From the NCBI GenBank assembly GCA_050261575.1, contig JBLNDL010000086.1, positions 1-47,882 of the forward strand: a stretch of DNA of 47,882 nucleotides. The letters run 5' to 3'. The translations under genes and the position numbers were made by a program. Below the pieces are notes generated by a model. It had not been told where the DNA came from and made no database searches. It saw nothing but the letters and a program-made list of their open reading frames with translations. This DNA comes from Sphingomonadaceae bacterium. Its GTDB lineage: Bacteria; Chloroflexota; UBA6077. Shown piece by piece: positions 37,284-46,589 of this stretch. Every line of letters begins with the position of its first letter. The first letter of the stretch is position 1.

Positions 37284-38189
37284 CTAAGCCTTACCGGTCC
37301 GCCGGAAGATCTCGTCTATCACGTCTTCCCAGTGGGCGGGCACCTCTCCACCGAAGTGCTCCTTCAGCCCAAGGCTCGCGGTCCAGTGGATCAACTCCGC
37401 GGTTCCGCGGGTGATCCTGGGCTCGATACCCACCGCCTTCATGGTCTCCATCACCATGTCCATCTCGTGGGCCCGCCGCCCGGCATGGATGGCGTCGGTG
37501 GTGACCAGGAAGTTCACGTGCTCCGGGAAGAAGCGCATCTTCTCCATGCTCGTGTTGATGCTCTGCATCACCTCTTCCGTCACGTCCCAGGTCTTGCAGG
37601 CCATCAGGGCCTCGACGCACAGCGCCTCGAGCCCCTTCATGAAGATGCTGCGGAACATCTTGATCGCCGCGGCTCGGCCGGGCCTGTCGCCCACCACGGT
37701 GGCCTTCATGCCGAAGGGGCTTACGGTGTCCCTGTACCGCTGGGCTTCCTTCCCGCTTGCCAAACAGGGGACCGAGTGCCTGTCCTGGTGTGGTGAGCCC
37801 ATGATGGCCACATCCACGAATGCCGCCCCAGCGGCCTCCACCAGGCCAGCCATCTGCTCCTTCATCGGAGGGGTTGCGGTGCCCATGTCGGCGTACATCT
37901 GGCCGGGCTTCAGGGCCGCGGCCGCGTCGGTCGCGGCGCTCAAGGCCACACCCCCCGGAACCATCGCCAGGATCAGATCGGAGGCATTCACCACTTCGGC
38001 GACGGACGCCAGCAGCGGCACTCCCGTCTCCCGAGCACGCTTCTGGATCAACTCGGCAAATGGCGGCGTCTGGTACCCGGCGTCGTAGGCGACAATCTGG
38101 ATCCCCTGAGACCTGAGCCCCAGCCCGACTGCAGTGCCCACCTCGCCGAAGCCGATCAACCCGATTCGAATCTTGCTCTGCTCTGCCAT
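37284..38189 (-). CDS. NAD(P)-dependent oxidoreductase, 3-hydroxyisobutyrate/6PGD-like with DUF1932-type C-terminus
   Basis: GLIGFGEVG, VDVAIMG, AAAIKMFRSIFMKGLEAL, HAGRRAHEM. Confidence 0.88.
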   Translation of the reverse strand: MAEQSKIRIGLIGFGEVGTAVGLGLRSQGIQIVAYDAGYQTPPFAELIQKRARETGVPLLASVAEVVNASDLILAMVPGGVALSAATDAAAALKPGQMYADMGTATPPMKEQMAGLVEAAGAAFVDVAIMGSPHQDRHSVPCLASGKEAQRYRDTVSPFGMKATVVGDRPGRAAAIKMFRSIFMKGLEALCVEALMACKTWDVTEEVMQSINTSMEKMRFFPEHVNFLVTTDAIHAGRRAHEMDMVMETMKAVGIEPRITRGTAELIHWTASLGLKEHFGGEVPAHWEDVIDEIFRRTGKA

Positions 38190-38457
38190 AGGTCTCTCCA
38201 CCTACGGCCACCGGCGCTGGTGGCCGCTATTCCATGATGGCGAAACGGTGAGTGCCTGCTCCCGCCGGCAACTCCGCTCCGGAAGCTCGGGCGTCCTGCC
38301 GCGAACCGTCGGGGACAGGGACCACCACCGCGCGGTGCCCATTCTCCATCCCCGAAGGTCGGCTGTCCAGTATTCGCCGACTTCACACAGCGACCGAGAG
38401 CGTCGCCGGCCGGGGTGCGACGGGTGCCGGCATCGGGAAGGCCACAAAGAGGAGCAC

Positions 38458-38736
38458 CGCGCCGACGAGGAACTGGCCCGCACCAACTGGCTCGTAAAGG
38501 GCGAGTACTCCGTCTTCCTGGAAAGCTGGTGCCCTGCCGACGATGGGAACGAGGTGATCAACATCGGCATCACCGAGCCGTCGGTGGTGCGGGCCTCACG
38601 CACCTGGTTCCTGGAGATCTGGCAGGGGCTGGGCCGCCAGAGCTGGGACAAGCGCACTGTGCAGCAGTGGCTCAGCCGCCAGGTCGATGAGTTGCAGAGC
38701 CGCGTCGACGGGGACCACGCAGGTATCTCCAGATAG
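38458..38736 (+). pseudogene. Probable 3' remnant of an unidentified gene
   Basis: Protein-like stretch EELARTNWLVKGEYSVFLESW...INIGITEPSVVRASRTWFLEIWQGL...DKRTVQQWLSRQVDEL with coding-like GC3; upstream sequence in this frame looks non-coding and has no suitable start. Confidence 0.4.
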
Positions 38737-38791
38737 AGTGCACGCACCCCGCTAGAGAAGCTCACCTGGACTGGGGACACCTGCTTGGGGG

Positions 38792-40348
38792 CTATCGCGC
38801 CACGCCGACGACCCGCCCCGCCTCGACGGCCAGGATGACCACGGACTCGTTCGCCTCCTCGCTCTCCCGGCTCGGGTCCGTTCCGCCCTCGCTCTCCTGG
38901 ATGACGTTCAGCGGGTCGGCCACGGACCTCAGCACGTACTGGCCGTCCGGCAGGGGATCGGGCCCGAGATCGATCCCCTGACCCGCCAACTGTGCGGAAT
39001 AGACATCCCCCCAGCCCACGGATATCCCCTGAACCGTGTGCCCGCACAGCGCGGGGTAGGCGACCGACGAAGGGCTACCCGGCAGATCCGCCACCCTGTA
39101 GGTGTCCATCAGACAGAAGCCCACCTTGTCGCTCAGCCACTCCGGCCCGCCCTGTGTGCGATCGCTCGCCTGCCAGGCATCGAAGGCGGATCTGCTCCAC
39201 AGCTCGTAGCGGGCGTACCCCTCCAGGTGCCAGTGAGAGTGCTCCGCGTGGAAGACGAACGTTCCGGAGGACCGGTCAACCGAGCCCCCTTCGGCATCGA
39301 AGATCCGCTGGACCACGGAGCCCTCCCCTTCCGTCACCGCCCGTATCTCCAGGGGGCCCTCCCCGGCGTTCCAGACCGTGTTGCCGAAGCGAAGCACCTG
39401 GTGGGAAACCCCGTCGACCGGCTCGGTGTCCAGGCTCACATCCTCGGGTGGAAGGGTGCGGAGGTCGGGAAAGAGAAGTGCCCTTCCCGTCTCGGGGGCC
39501 GCCTGGGGCTGCTGCGGTTCGAAGGCTCCCGCCAGGTCGCTGTCGGGGAGGCTCGTCCCCGACGTCCCCCCGTTCCGATATTGGCGCAGGTAGGGGGAGT
39601 TCGCCATCTGCTGCTCCAGATCGGGCGGCAGGCCCTGTCCCGTCAGCACGCTCTTGAACCAGTCCCCCAGCAGCAGCCCCTGAGTGGTGCCGGTGGAGGC
39701 GTCGAAGTGCATGATCCCCCTCTGGAACCGTTGGTACACGAAATTCCGGTTGCCGGGGTCGCGCGCCGGTGGGCTGGTGGGTGCCCCCCAGATCTCCAGG
39801 TTCAGCAGGGCGAGCCCGCCGGGGTCCATCCCCGGCGACGGGACGGTCTGAAGGAAGGTCTGCTGGAAGCGGACCGGCAGACCGTCGAACTCGTCGGGTA
39901 CGTTGGCCAGCACGAACTCGGCCATCCGCGGCCCGTAGTCCGGCGACCCCACGGCCGGTGTGGCGGCCACCATGCCTGGATCCGGCGCGGGGAACCTGGA
40001 GGCGTTGATGGAGGCCACCGGCATGAGGCCTTCGTCCAACAGGTTCAGCAGCCGGACGGAGCCATCGGGTGCCCGCTGCATCACCCCTCGCTGAAAGATC
40101 TGCACCTGGTGACCCTGTAACCGGAACACACGCGACACAGGGAAGCCGAAGACCGGCACGCCGCCCCGACTCTGGAAGTAGCTGAAGAAGGGATCGTCGA
40201 TCCCGAAACCCGTTTCCTGGAAGAAGCGGGGCGGTTGCTGTGCCGGGTACGCGGCGTGGGCCGTCGATCCGGCGGCCACGATCAGGGATGCCGCCAGCAA
40301 GACCGCGGCGAGGATCGTCCTCTCTCTGCCACCTATTCTCGTTTTCAC
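38792..40348 (-). CDS. Secreted protein: Chloroflexota-type N-terminal surface domain plus C-terminal lysyl oxidase-like domain
   Basis: Signal peptide ending AHA; FFQETGF...YFQSRGG...FGFPVS...QIFQR; LOX motifs PDL, LRFGNTVWNAGEGP, FHAEHSHWH, KVGFCLMD, QGISVGWGDVY, GQGID, DGQYVL, DPLN..ES, AN. Confidence 0.82.
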   Translation of the reverse strand: MKTRIGGRERTILAAVLLAASLIVAAGSTAHAAYPAQQPPRFFQETGFGIDDPFFSYFQSRGGVPVFGFPVSRVFRLQGHQVQIFQRGVMQRAPDGSVRLLNLLDEGLMPVASINASRFPAPDPGMVAATPAVGSPDYGPRMAEFVLANVPDEFDGLPVRFQQTFLQTVPSPGMDPGGLALLNLEIWGAPTSPPARDPGNRNFVYQRFQRGIMHFDASTGTTQGLLLGDWFKSVLTGQGLPPDLEQQMANSPYLRQYRNGGTSGTSLPDSDLAGAFEPQQPQAAPETGRALLFPDLRTLPPEDVSLDTEPVDGVSHQVLRFGNTVWNAGEGPLEIRAVTEGEGSVVQRIFDAEGGSVDRSSGTFVFHAEHSHWHLEGYARYELWSRSAFDAWQASDRTQGGPEWLSDKVGFCLMDTYRVADLPGSPSSVAYPALCGHTVQGISVGWGDVYSAQLAGQGIDLGPDPLPDGQYVLRSVADPLNVIQESEGGTDPSRESEEANESVVILAVEAGRVVGVAR

Positions 40349-40532
40349 GGTGTCCCCCCGATCGGGCGACCCCGGGGCGCGTCCAACACGCGGCCACCCT
40401 CACGCCCCCTCCCGACCGCCCCGGGAGTGGATGGATTCGGCCGGGGATGCTAGCCGGGGCTGAACCTAGCGGTGGCAGGGGGCAAGACGTCGCACCCCAG
40501 AGCGTCGCGATTGAGTTTGCCTGTCTACACCC

Positions 40533-40650
40533 GTAGGGGCGGACCTGGGTGTCCGCCCGCGGGGTCCAGTCTTCGGGTCGGGTCTGAGGCCCGCCCCGTG
40601 GGATGGCAGCGTGACGCGGGCGTGCGCCGCCTCGCGTGCACGGCCCCTAC
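40533..40650. repeat. GTAG REP-like doublet
   Basis: GTAGGGGCGGACCTGGGTGTCCGCCC ... GGCCCCTAC; first unit matches 20442-20467 GTAGGGGTGGACCAGCGCGTCCGCCC. Confidence 0.75.
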
Positions 40651-40809
40651 CGTCTCGTCAGGCGCTGCAATACCCGATAGCCGGGACAGTAGCAGGACCG
40701 GTGCCGCTAAGAGCGAGGGAGTGTGAAGCCCTCGCCGGTGGATCACCGAATGGACGGCCACCCCCGGCCCCGAAGTCCTGGAAGAAGCGGGGAGGGGGCA
40801 TAATACCCC

Positions 40810-40867
40810 TGGACGTATTACAGGTTTGCGACTATAATATCACTAAAGCTGACAGACTCATTGTCAG
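40810..40867 (+). promoter_or_regulatory. clpC promoter with downstream palindromic operator
   Basis: TGGACG-N17-TATAAT (40810-40838); CTGACA-N7-TGTCAG (40849-40867). Confidence 0.65.
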
Positions 40868-40926
40868 GGTTGACGCTTCGGTCGACGAGGCCCGGCCAGC
40901 CGAGCGCCACCCGGTGGGAGTTGACC

Positions 40927-43410
40927 ATGATACCGATCGAACGTTTCACGCAGCAGGCTCAAGAAGTGCTGGGGCGAGCCCAGCAACTGCTCGCGCAGTT
41001 GCGCCACCAGGCCGTGGACCCGGAGCACCTGCTGCTCGCCATGATCGAGCAGCCTGGAGGTCTCGCCTCCCAGGTCTTTCACCAGTTGGGTGTCGACGTG
41101 CAGGCCCTTCGGCAGCAGTTGATCGACTGGCTGGAGCGGCAGCCAAAGGTGCTGAGCGTCTCCAGCAGCGGCCAGCAGATCTACTTCACCGACCGGAGCC
41201 GAGTGGTGGTCGAGGGGGCCATGGCGGCGGCGAACAGCCGGGGCGACCAGTACATCGGTGTAGAGCACCTGCTCGCGGCCCTGGTGGTCCAGCGGCAGGG
41301 CTTCGCCGCCGAGGTCCTTAGGAGCCACGGCGCCTCCCCCGAGAGCTTGGGCAGGGCCTTCGAGTCCATCCGCGGAGGTGATAAAGTGAACGATCCCAAC
41401 GCCGAGGCGAAGTACCAGATGCTAGAGAAGTACAGCCGAGACCTGACTCAGATGGCCAGGGAGGGTCAGCTCGACCCGGTGATCGGCCGCGAGAAGGAGA
41501 TCCTGCGGGTCATGGAGGTGCTGGTTCGGCGCACCAAGAACAACCCCGTCCTGATCGGCGAACCCGGCGTGGGCAAGACAGCCATCGTGGAGGGACTGGC
41601 CCAGCGTATCGCGGCCGGCGACGTGCCGGAGCCGCTTCAGGGCAAGCGGGTGGTCGCGCTCGACATGGGTTCGCTCATAGCTGGCGCCAAGTACCGGGGC
41701 GAGTTCGAGGAGCGACTCAAGGGAGTAATGGACGAGATCATCCGCCACAAGGGCGAGATCATCGTCTTCATCGACGAGATGCACACCATGGTGGGCGCGG
41801 GGGCTGCCGAGGGCGCCCTGGATGCCGCCAACTTGATGAAGCCGGCGCTCGCCCGGGGCGAACTGCACGCGATCGGCGCTACCACCCTGGACGAGTACCG
41901 GGAGCACGTGGAGCACGACCCGGCCCTGGAGCGGCGCTTCGCCCCCATCTACGTGGACGAGCCCGACCTGGAGGCCACCCTCGGGATCCTGCAGGGGCTG
42001 AGGGAGCGGTACGAGAGGCACCACGGCCTCAAGATCGAGGACGATGCCCTCGACGCGGCCGTCAACCTGTCCGACCGGTACCTGACCGAGCGCTTCCTGC
42101 CCGACAAGGCCATCGACCTGATGGACGAGGCGGCCAGCAAGGTGCGGCTGCGCCAGTTCGGGGCCGAGTCGAAGCCCGAGGAGCGCGAGCTGCGGGCGAG
42201 GATCCGCGCCCTGCTCCAGGAGGAAGAGGAGGCATGGCAGGCACGCGACTACGAGCGCGCCGCAAAGGCCCGCCAGGAGAGGCTGGCTCTGGAGAAGGAC
42301 GCAGAGGCCATGGGCATGTCCTCGCACGAGGGAGGCGCCTCCGTGACGGCCAGGGACGTGGCCGAGGTGGTCTCGCAGTGGACGGGCATCCCGGCATCCC
42401 AGATCTACGCTGAGGAGGCGGAGAAGCTGCTCCACCTGGAGGAGGCCCTGCACGAGCGAGTGGTGAGCCAGGACGAGGCGATCGTCGCCGTGGCGGACGC
42501 CATCCGTCGCTCCCGTTCCGGTCTCGCCGATCCCAGGCGACCGATCGGCTCCTTCCTGTTCCTGGGCCCCACGGGGGTGGGCAAGACGGAGCTGGCAAGG
42601 GCTCTGGCGGAGTTCCTCTTCGACGACGAGGACGCGCTGCTGCGGCTCGACATGAGCGAGTACATGGAGTCCCACACGGTCTCTAGGCTGTTCGGCGCGC
42701 CGCCGGGCTACGTGGGCTACGACCAGGGCGGCCAGCTCACAGAGGCCGTCAGGCGCAGGCCCTACCAGGTGGTGCTGTTCGACGAGATCGAGAAGGCTCA
42801 CCCGGACGTCTTCAACGCCCTGCTCCAGATCCTGGAGGACGGGCGGCTGACCGACGGGCAGGGTCGGACGGTGGACTTCCGCAACACCGTGCTGATCATG
42901 ACCTCCAACGTGGGGACCGGCAGCGTGGTGATGCGCGGCGGCCAACTGGGCTTCGCTACCCGGAACGCCGAGGAGGACTTCTCGAGCCACGAGGAGAAGG
43001 TGAAGGCCGAGCTGCTGGGAGCCCTGAAGAGGGCCTTCCGGCCGGAGTTCCTCAACAGGGTCGACGAGATCATCGTCTTCCACAGCCTGGGCAGGGAGCA
43101 GTTGGAGCAGATCGTGGAGAAGATGCTCCGCGGCCTGCGAGAGCGGCTGCAGGAGCGCTCCATGACGCTGGAGCTGACCGACGCCGCCCGGGCGTGGCTG
43201 GTGGAGCACGGCTTCGACCGAGACTACGGCGCGAGGCCGCTGCGGCGGTTGATCCAGCGGGAGATCGAGAACGTCCTGGCCAAGAAGGTGCTGGCCGAGG
43301 AGTACCAGAACGGCGACCAGATCACCGTGGAAGTGCGGGAAGGCCGCCTGGCCTTCCTGCGCACGCCGGGGGTGAATCCGGTGCAGGTCCACGAGACGGT
43401 GGCCGCCTAA
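40927..43410 (+). CDS. clpC: ATP-dependent Clp protease ATP-binding subunit, ClpC-like
   Basis: Two Clp-N repeats; NBD1 GEPGVGKT and FIDE; short UVR-type M domain ([14 protein letters not shown]); NBD2 GPTGVGKT and PPGYVGY; LGF ClpP-docking loop. Confidence 0.9.
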   Translation: MIPIERFTQQAQEVLGRAQQLLAQLRHQAVDPEHLLLAMIEQPGGLASQVFHQLGVDVQALRQQLIDWLERQPKVLSVSSSGQQIYFTDRSRVVVEGAMAAANSRGDQYIGVEHLLAALVVQRQGFAAEVLRSHGASPESLGRAFESIRGGDKVNDPNAEAKYQMLEKYSRDLTQMAREGQLDPVIGREKEILRVMEVLVRRTKNNPVLIGEPGVGKTAIVEGLAQRIAAGDVPEPLQGKRVVALDMGSLIAGAKYRGEFEERLKGVMDEIIRHKGEIIVFIDEMHTMVGAGAAEGALDAANLMKPALARGELHAIGATTLDEYREHVEHDPALERRFAPIYVDEPDLEATLGILQGLRERYERHHGLKIEDDALDAAVNLSDRYLTERFLPDKAIDLMDEAASKVRLRQFGAESKPEERELRARIRALLQEEEEAWQARDYERAAKARQERLALEKDAEAMGMSSHEGGASVTARDVAEVVSQWTGIPASQIYAEEAEKLLHLEEALHERVVSQDEAIVAVADAIRRSRSGLADPRRPIGSFLFLGPTGVGKTELARALAEFLFDDEDALLRLDMSEYMESHTVSRLFGAPPGYVGYDQGGQLTEAVRRRPYQVVLFDEIEKAHPDVFNALLQILEDGRLTDGQGRTVDFRNTVLIMTSNVGTGSVVMRGGQLGFATRNAEEDFSSHEEKVKAELLGALKRAFRPEFLNRVDEIIVFHSLGREQLEQIVEKMLRGLRERLQERSMTLELTDAARAWLVEHGFDRDYGARPLRRLIQREIENVLAKKVLAEEYQNGDQITVEVREGRLAFLRTPGVNPVQVHETVAA

Positions 43411-43430
43411 GCAAGCACGCGATCCGAACT

Positions 43431-43480
43431 AGAGACACCCCGAGCTTCAGGGAAACATCCTGGGAGCTCGGGGTGTCTCT
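43431..43480 (+). terminator. Long hairpin after clpC
   Basis: AGAGACACCCCGAGCTTCAGG / CCTGGGAGCTCGGGGTGTCTCT. Confidence 0.65.
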
Positions 43481-43595
43481 CTATTGTGTGGTTGGAAACA
43501 CCTGAACTGCTCCTAGCAGTGCACCGCTCGCGGACCCCGTGACCTATTTGAACCTTTTCCTCCCCCACCGCTACACACTGAGTGAGGGGAGGCCG

Positions 43596-44186
43596 ATGGA
43601 GATCGCATTGACACAACCCACGGTCGTCGGCGACGCAGATGCCGAGCTGGTCCGTCGAATGGCCTCTGGCGACGAGAGCGCCCTGCGCTCGCTCTACGCC
43701 CTCCACGCCCGCCGGCTGTTCGCCCACGCCTGCCGTGTAACCGGCGACCGGGCCACCGCGGAGGAGGTGCTGCAAGACAGCCTGCTCGCCGCCTGGAGGG
43801 GCGCGCACGCGTTCCGGGGCGAGTCGCGGGTGATCACCTGGCTGCTGGGCATCGTCCACCGCCAGGCTCTGAACGCCACTCGCCGCAAGCGGCTGCCGAC
43901 CTCCGACCTGGGGCAAGCCGCCGAGACCGCGGCCTGCCCCGCCCTGCTGGACGAACATGTCGCGGCGGCCGACCGGCGGCGAGCCCTCACGGCCTCGATC
44001 GCGCGCCTGTCGCCCGAACACCGGGCCGTCCTGGAGCTGGTGTTCTACCAGGGGCTGAGCCTGGCCGAGGTCGCTCGGGTCTGCGGCTGCCCGATCGGCA
44101 CCGTCAAGAGTCGCTTGAGCTACGCCAAGGTGCACCTCCGGAGCGCCTTGGAGCGGGCCGGCCAGCGCGCGGAGGACCTACTATGA
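43596..44186 (+). CDS. ECF RNA polymerase sigma factor
   Basis: DAELVRR..GDESAL, AEEVLQD, FRGESRVITWL, LSPEHRAVL, EVA, PIGTVKSRL. Confidence 0.93.
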   Translation: MEIALTQPTVVGDADAELVRRMASGDESALRSLYALHARRLFAHACRVTGDRATAEEVLQDSLLAAWRGAHAFRGESRVITWLLGIVHRQALNATRRKRLPTSDLGQAAETAACPALLDEHVAAADRRRALTASIARLSPEHRAVLELVFYQGLSLAEVARVCGCPIGTVKSRLSYAKVHLRSALERAGQRAEDLL

Positions 44187-45082
44187 CCTGCGAGCACGAA
44201 TCCACCCACCTGCTGCCGTTCTACGTCTCGGCCGCGCTCGACGATCGGCGGCGACAGATGGTCGAGCACCACCTGGCGACGTGCGAGGAGTGTCGGGCCG
44301 ACCTGGCGCTCTGGAAGGAAGCGGGCGCTGCCGTCTCGGCCGCCAACCAGGAGCTGCCTGCGCCATCGCCCGCCCTGTTTCTCTCGACTTTGGACCGGGT
44401 GCACCGGGCCGAGCAGGGTCCGCTCCGCCGGGCGTGGCAGCTTCTCCGGGCGCAAGCGCTCCTGGTCAAGCGCGAGATCTGGCCCGCCTGCGCCACGGTG
44501 ATGGGCCTGGGCTACGTCGTGGCGATGGTCGGGACCAGCGACGACCGGGCACCCTCGGTCGTCGTGGCGCTAGCGCCTATGGTCGCCGCCGTGAGCGTGG
44601 CCATGCTGTATGGGCCGGAACAGGACCCTGCGCTCGAGCTGTCGCTGGCGACCCCGACCTCGCCGCGTCAGGTGCTGATTGCCCGGCTGGCGCTGGTGTT
44701 CGGCTACGACCTGCTCCTCGCCCTCGCGGCTACCGCCGGCCTCGTCGCAGTGACCCCGCCCGCGTTCCTGGGGACGATCATCGTGAGCTGGCTCGGCCCA
44801 ATGACCTTCCTGTCGGCGCTGGCGCTCGTCCTCTCCCTCCGGTCGGGGACTACCGTTGCCGTAGCCGTCTCGCTCTCGCTCTGGATTGCCCGCTTGATCG
44901 CCAGCAGCAGCGCGGTCGTGCCCGTCGCGACCACCTCCGGCGCCCTCAGCGCGCTCGCGCGGATCTACGCTCAGGGTTGGGCGAACACTCCTGCGCTGCT
45001 TGCGCTGTCGTGCCTGCTGCTGGCGCTCGCAGTCTGGTCGGTGCGGAGGGACGAGTCGCTGAGCCGCCTCCACTCTGGCTGA
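44183..45082 (+). CDS. Zinc anti-sigma (zf-HC2) domain fused to a multi-TM ABC-permease-like domain
   Basis: C...LLPFY...HLATCEEC (HxxxCxxC), then about 6 TM helices with ELSLATP...LIARL; ATGA overlap with the sigma gene. Confidence 0.82.
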   Translation: MTCEHESTHLLPFYVSAALDDRRRQMVEHHLATCEECRADLALWKEAGAAVSAANQELPAPSPALFLSTLDRVHRAEQGPLRRAWQLLRAQALLVKREIWPACATVMGLGYVVAMVGTSDDRAPSVVVALAPMVAAVSVAMLYGPEQDPALELSLATPTSPRQVLIARLALVFGYDLLLALAATAGLVAVTPPAFLGTIIVSWLGPMTFLSALALVLSLRSGTTVAVAVSLSLWIARLIASSSAVVPVATTSGALSALARIYAQGWANTPALLALSCLLLALAVWSVRRDESLSRLHSG

Positions 45083-45138
45083 ACGCTGCAGGGCACCGGA
45101 GAGGCGGCGAGACAATCGGGCGAACTCGGGGAGTAACC

Positions 45139-45909
45139 GTGGAGAGTACCTGCATGGATACGATGCTTGGCGTTTTCCGCTACGAGATGCTGATGGGCGT
45201 CAAACGCTGGGGGGTTTGGCTGGCGACCTTTCTGGCGTCGACTCCGGCCATCACCAGCCTAAGTGGCGACGATGCAGCGCATCTCTCGGTCTGGACGTCG
45301 GCTGCCACGATCGCGCTCGGGCTGAACCTCTTGACTCCGGTCGTTGGCGGCATCGCGATGGCAGACCGCCTGCACCGCGACTCGCGGCTCGGCGTATCGG
45401 AGCTAATGCGTGTGACCCTGCTCCCGCGCCCGGCCTACGTGCTCGGCAAGTACCTGGGCGCGGTCGGCGCGACACTCACTCCGCTGCTGGTGGTGTCGCT
45501 CGTGACCGCACTGTCCCTGGTGGTTATGGGCGCCCCGCCCACGCTCCTCGTGGCGCAGGCCGCAGCCTTCCTCGTCGTCAACGTGCCGGCCTGCCTGTTC
45601 GTCGGCGCGTTCTCGCTTGCCTGCCCGGCCGTCTTGCCCCTGCGCGTCTACCAGGTGCTCTTCACCGGATACTGGTTCTGGGGCAACTTCCTCAACCCGA
45701 ACGAGTTCCCGACGCTCAACGGATCGCTGTTGACCCCGTACGGCGAGTACGCGGCAAGCGGCATACTCGCCAGCAGCGACCGTCTGCCCTACTGGAACGT
45801 GTACAGCTTCGAGCAGGGTGTCGCGAGCATCGCGCTGCTCGTACTCTGCGCCGCGGCTGCCCTGTTCGCCCTCGACCGCTGCCTCGCCCTGCAGGAGGCC
45901 CGCACGTGA
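45139..45909 (+). CDS. ABC-2 type permease-like membrane protein
   Basis: FRYE, DRLHRD..LGVSEL, YVLGKYLG, about 6 TM helices; start GTG 45139 or ATG 45154. Confidence 0.75.
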   Translation: MESTCMDTMLGVFRYEMLMGVKRWGVWLATFLASTPAITSLSGDDAAHLSVWTSAATIALGLNLLTPVVGGIAMADRLHRDSRLGVSELMRVTLLPRPAYVLGKYLGAVGATLTPLLVVSLVTALSLVVMGAPPTLLVAQAAAFLVVNVPACLFVGAFSLACPAVLPLRVYQVLFTGYWFWGNFLNPNEFPTLNGSLLTPYGEYAASGILASSDRLPYWNVYSFEQGVASIALLVLCAAAALFALDRCLALQEART

Positions 45910-46565
45910 GCACGACGCTGCGCTACCAGTTGGCCATCCGGCGCGAGCGGTTCTGGCTACCGGGAGGGTTAGCTGGGCTCTTTGGGGCGATAGTCGCCAT
46001 CCTGGGAGACAACCCAAACCAGGTGCAAGCCGCGGTCGGCTTCCTCGCGTTTGTCTTGCCGTTGGCGGGCGGCATCCTCGCTGCATCCGCGTTCGTCGAG
46101 GATCCGGCGCTCGAGCTGCTGTTCGCCGCGCCGCGCGCGCCGTGGCTGGCGCTCGCCGAGTGCACCGCCGCCATCGTCGCCATCATCGCAGCGGGCTCGC
46201 TCGCCTTTCAGGCCTGGCTCGCCGCGCTCGGGGTGGACATCGCCGAGTACGGCAGTCTGTTGACTCGCCAGCTCATCTGGCTGGCGCCGACCGTCGCGCT
46301 CGTAGCCCTGGCCAGCATCACTGCCACACTGACCGCGCAGGGCACCCTGGGGGCACTCACCGTCGGGAGCGTCTGGCTCTTCCAGGTGCTGGGGCATGGC
46401 TGGCTCGCATCGGGCGAAATCGGGCGCAAGCTGCTCATCTTCATCGGCAGCATCGATCCCAGGGCCGCCGACCTCTGGCTCAGCTACGCCTGTCTCTTCG
46501 CGCTCAGCGCGGTGCTGCTGGTGCTGTCCGGTTGGGCGCTGCGACAGACCGAGCGCTATCTGTAA
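45906..46565 (+). CDS. ABC permease-like membrane protein
   Basis: GTGA overlap; LRYQL, EDPALELLFAAPR, about 6 TM helices, ends ERYL. Confidence 0.72.
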   Translation: MSTTLRYQLAIRRERFWLPGGLAGLFGAIVAILGDNPNQVQAAVGFLAFVLPLAGGILAASAFVEDPALELLFAAPRAPWLALAECTAAIVAIIAAGSLAFQAWLAALGVDIAEYGSLLTRQLIWLAPTVALVALASITATLTAQGTLGALTVGSVWLFQVLGHGWLASGEIGRKLLIFIGSIDPRAADLWLSYACLFALSAVLLVLSGWALRQTERYL

Positions 46566-46589
46566 TGCTCTCATAGGGGGTCTGGGTAC

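Noticed and set aside
40927..43410. clpB assignment
   Set aside because: The middle domain is short (UVR-type) and an LGF ClpP-binding loop is present, which fits ClpC
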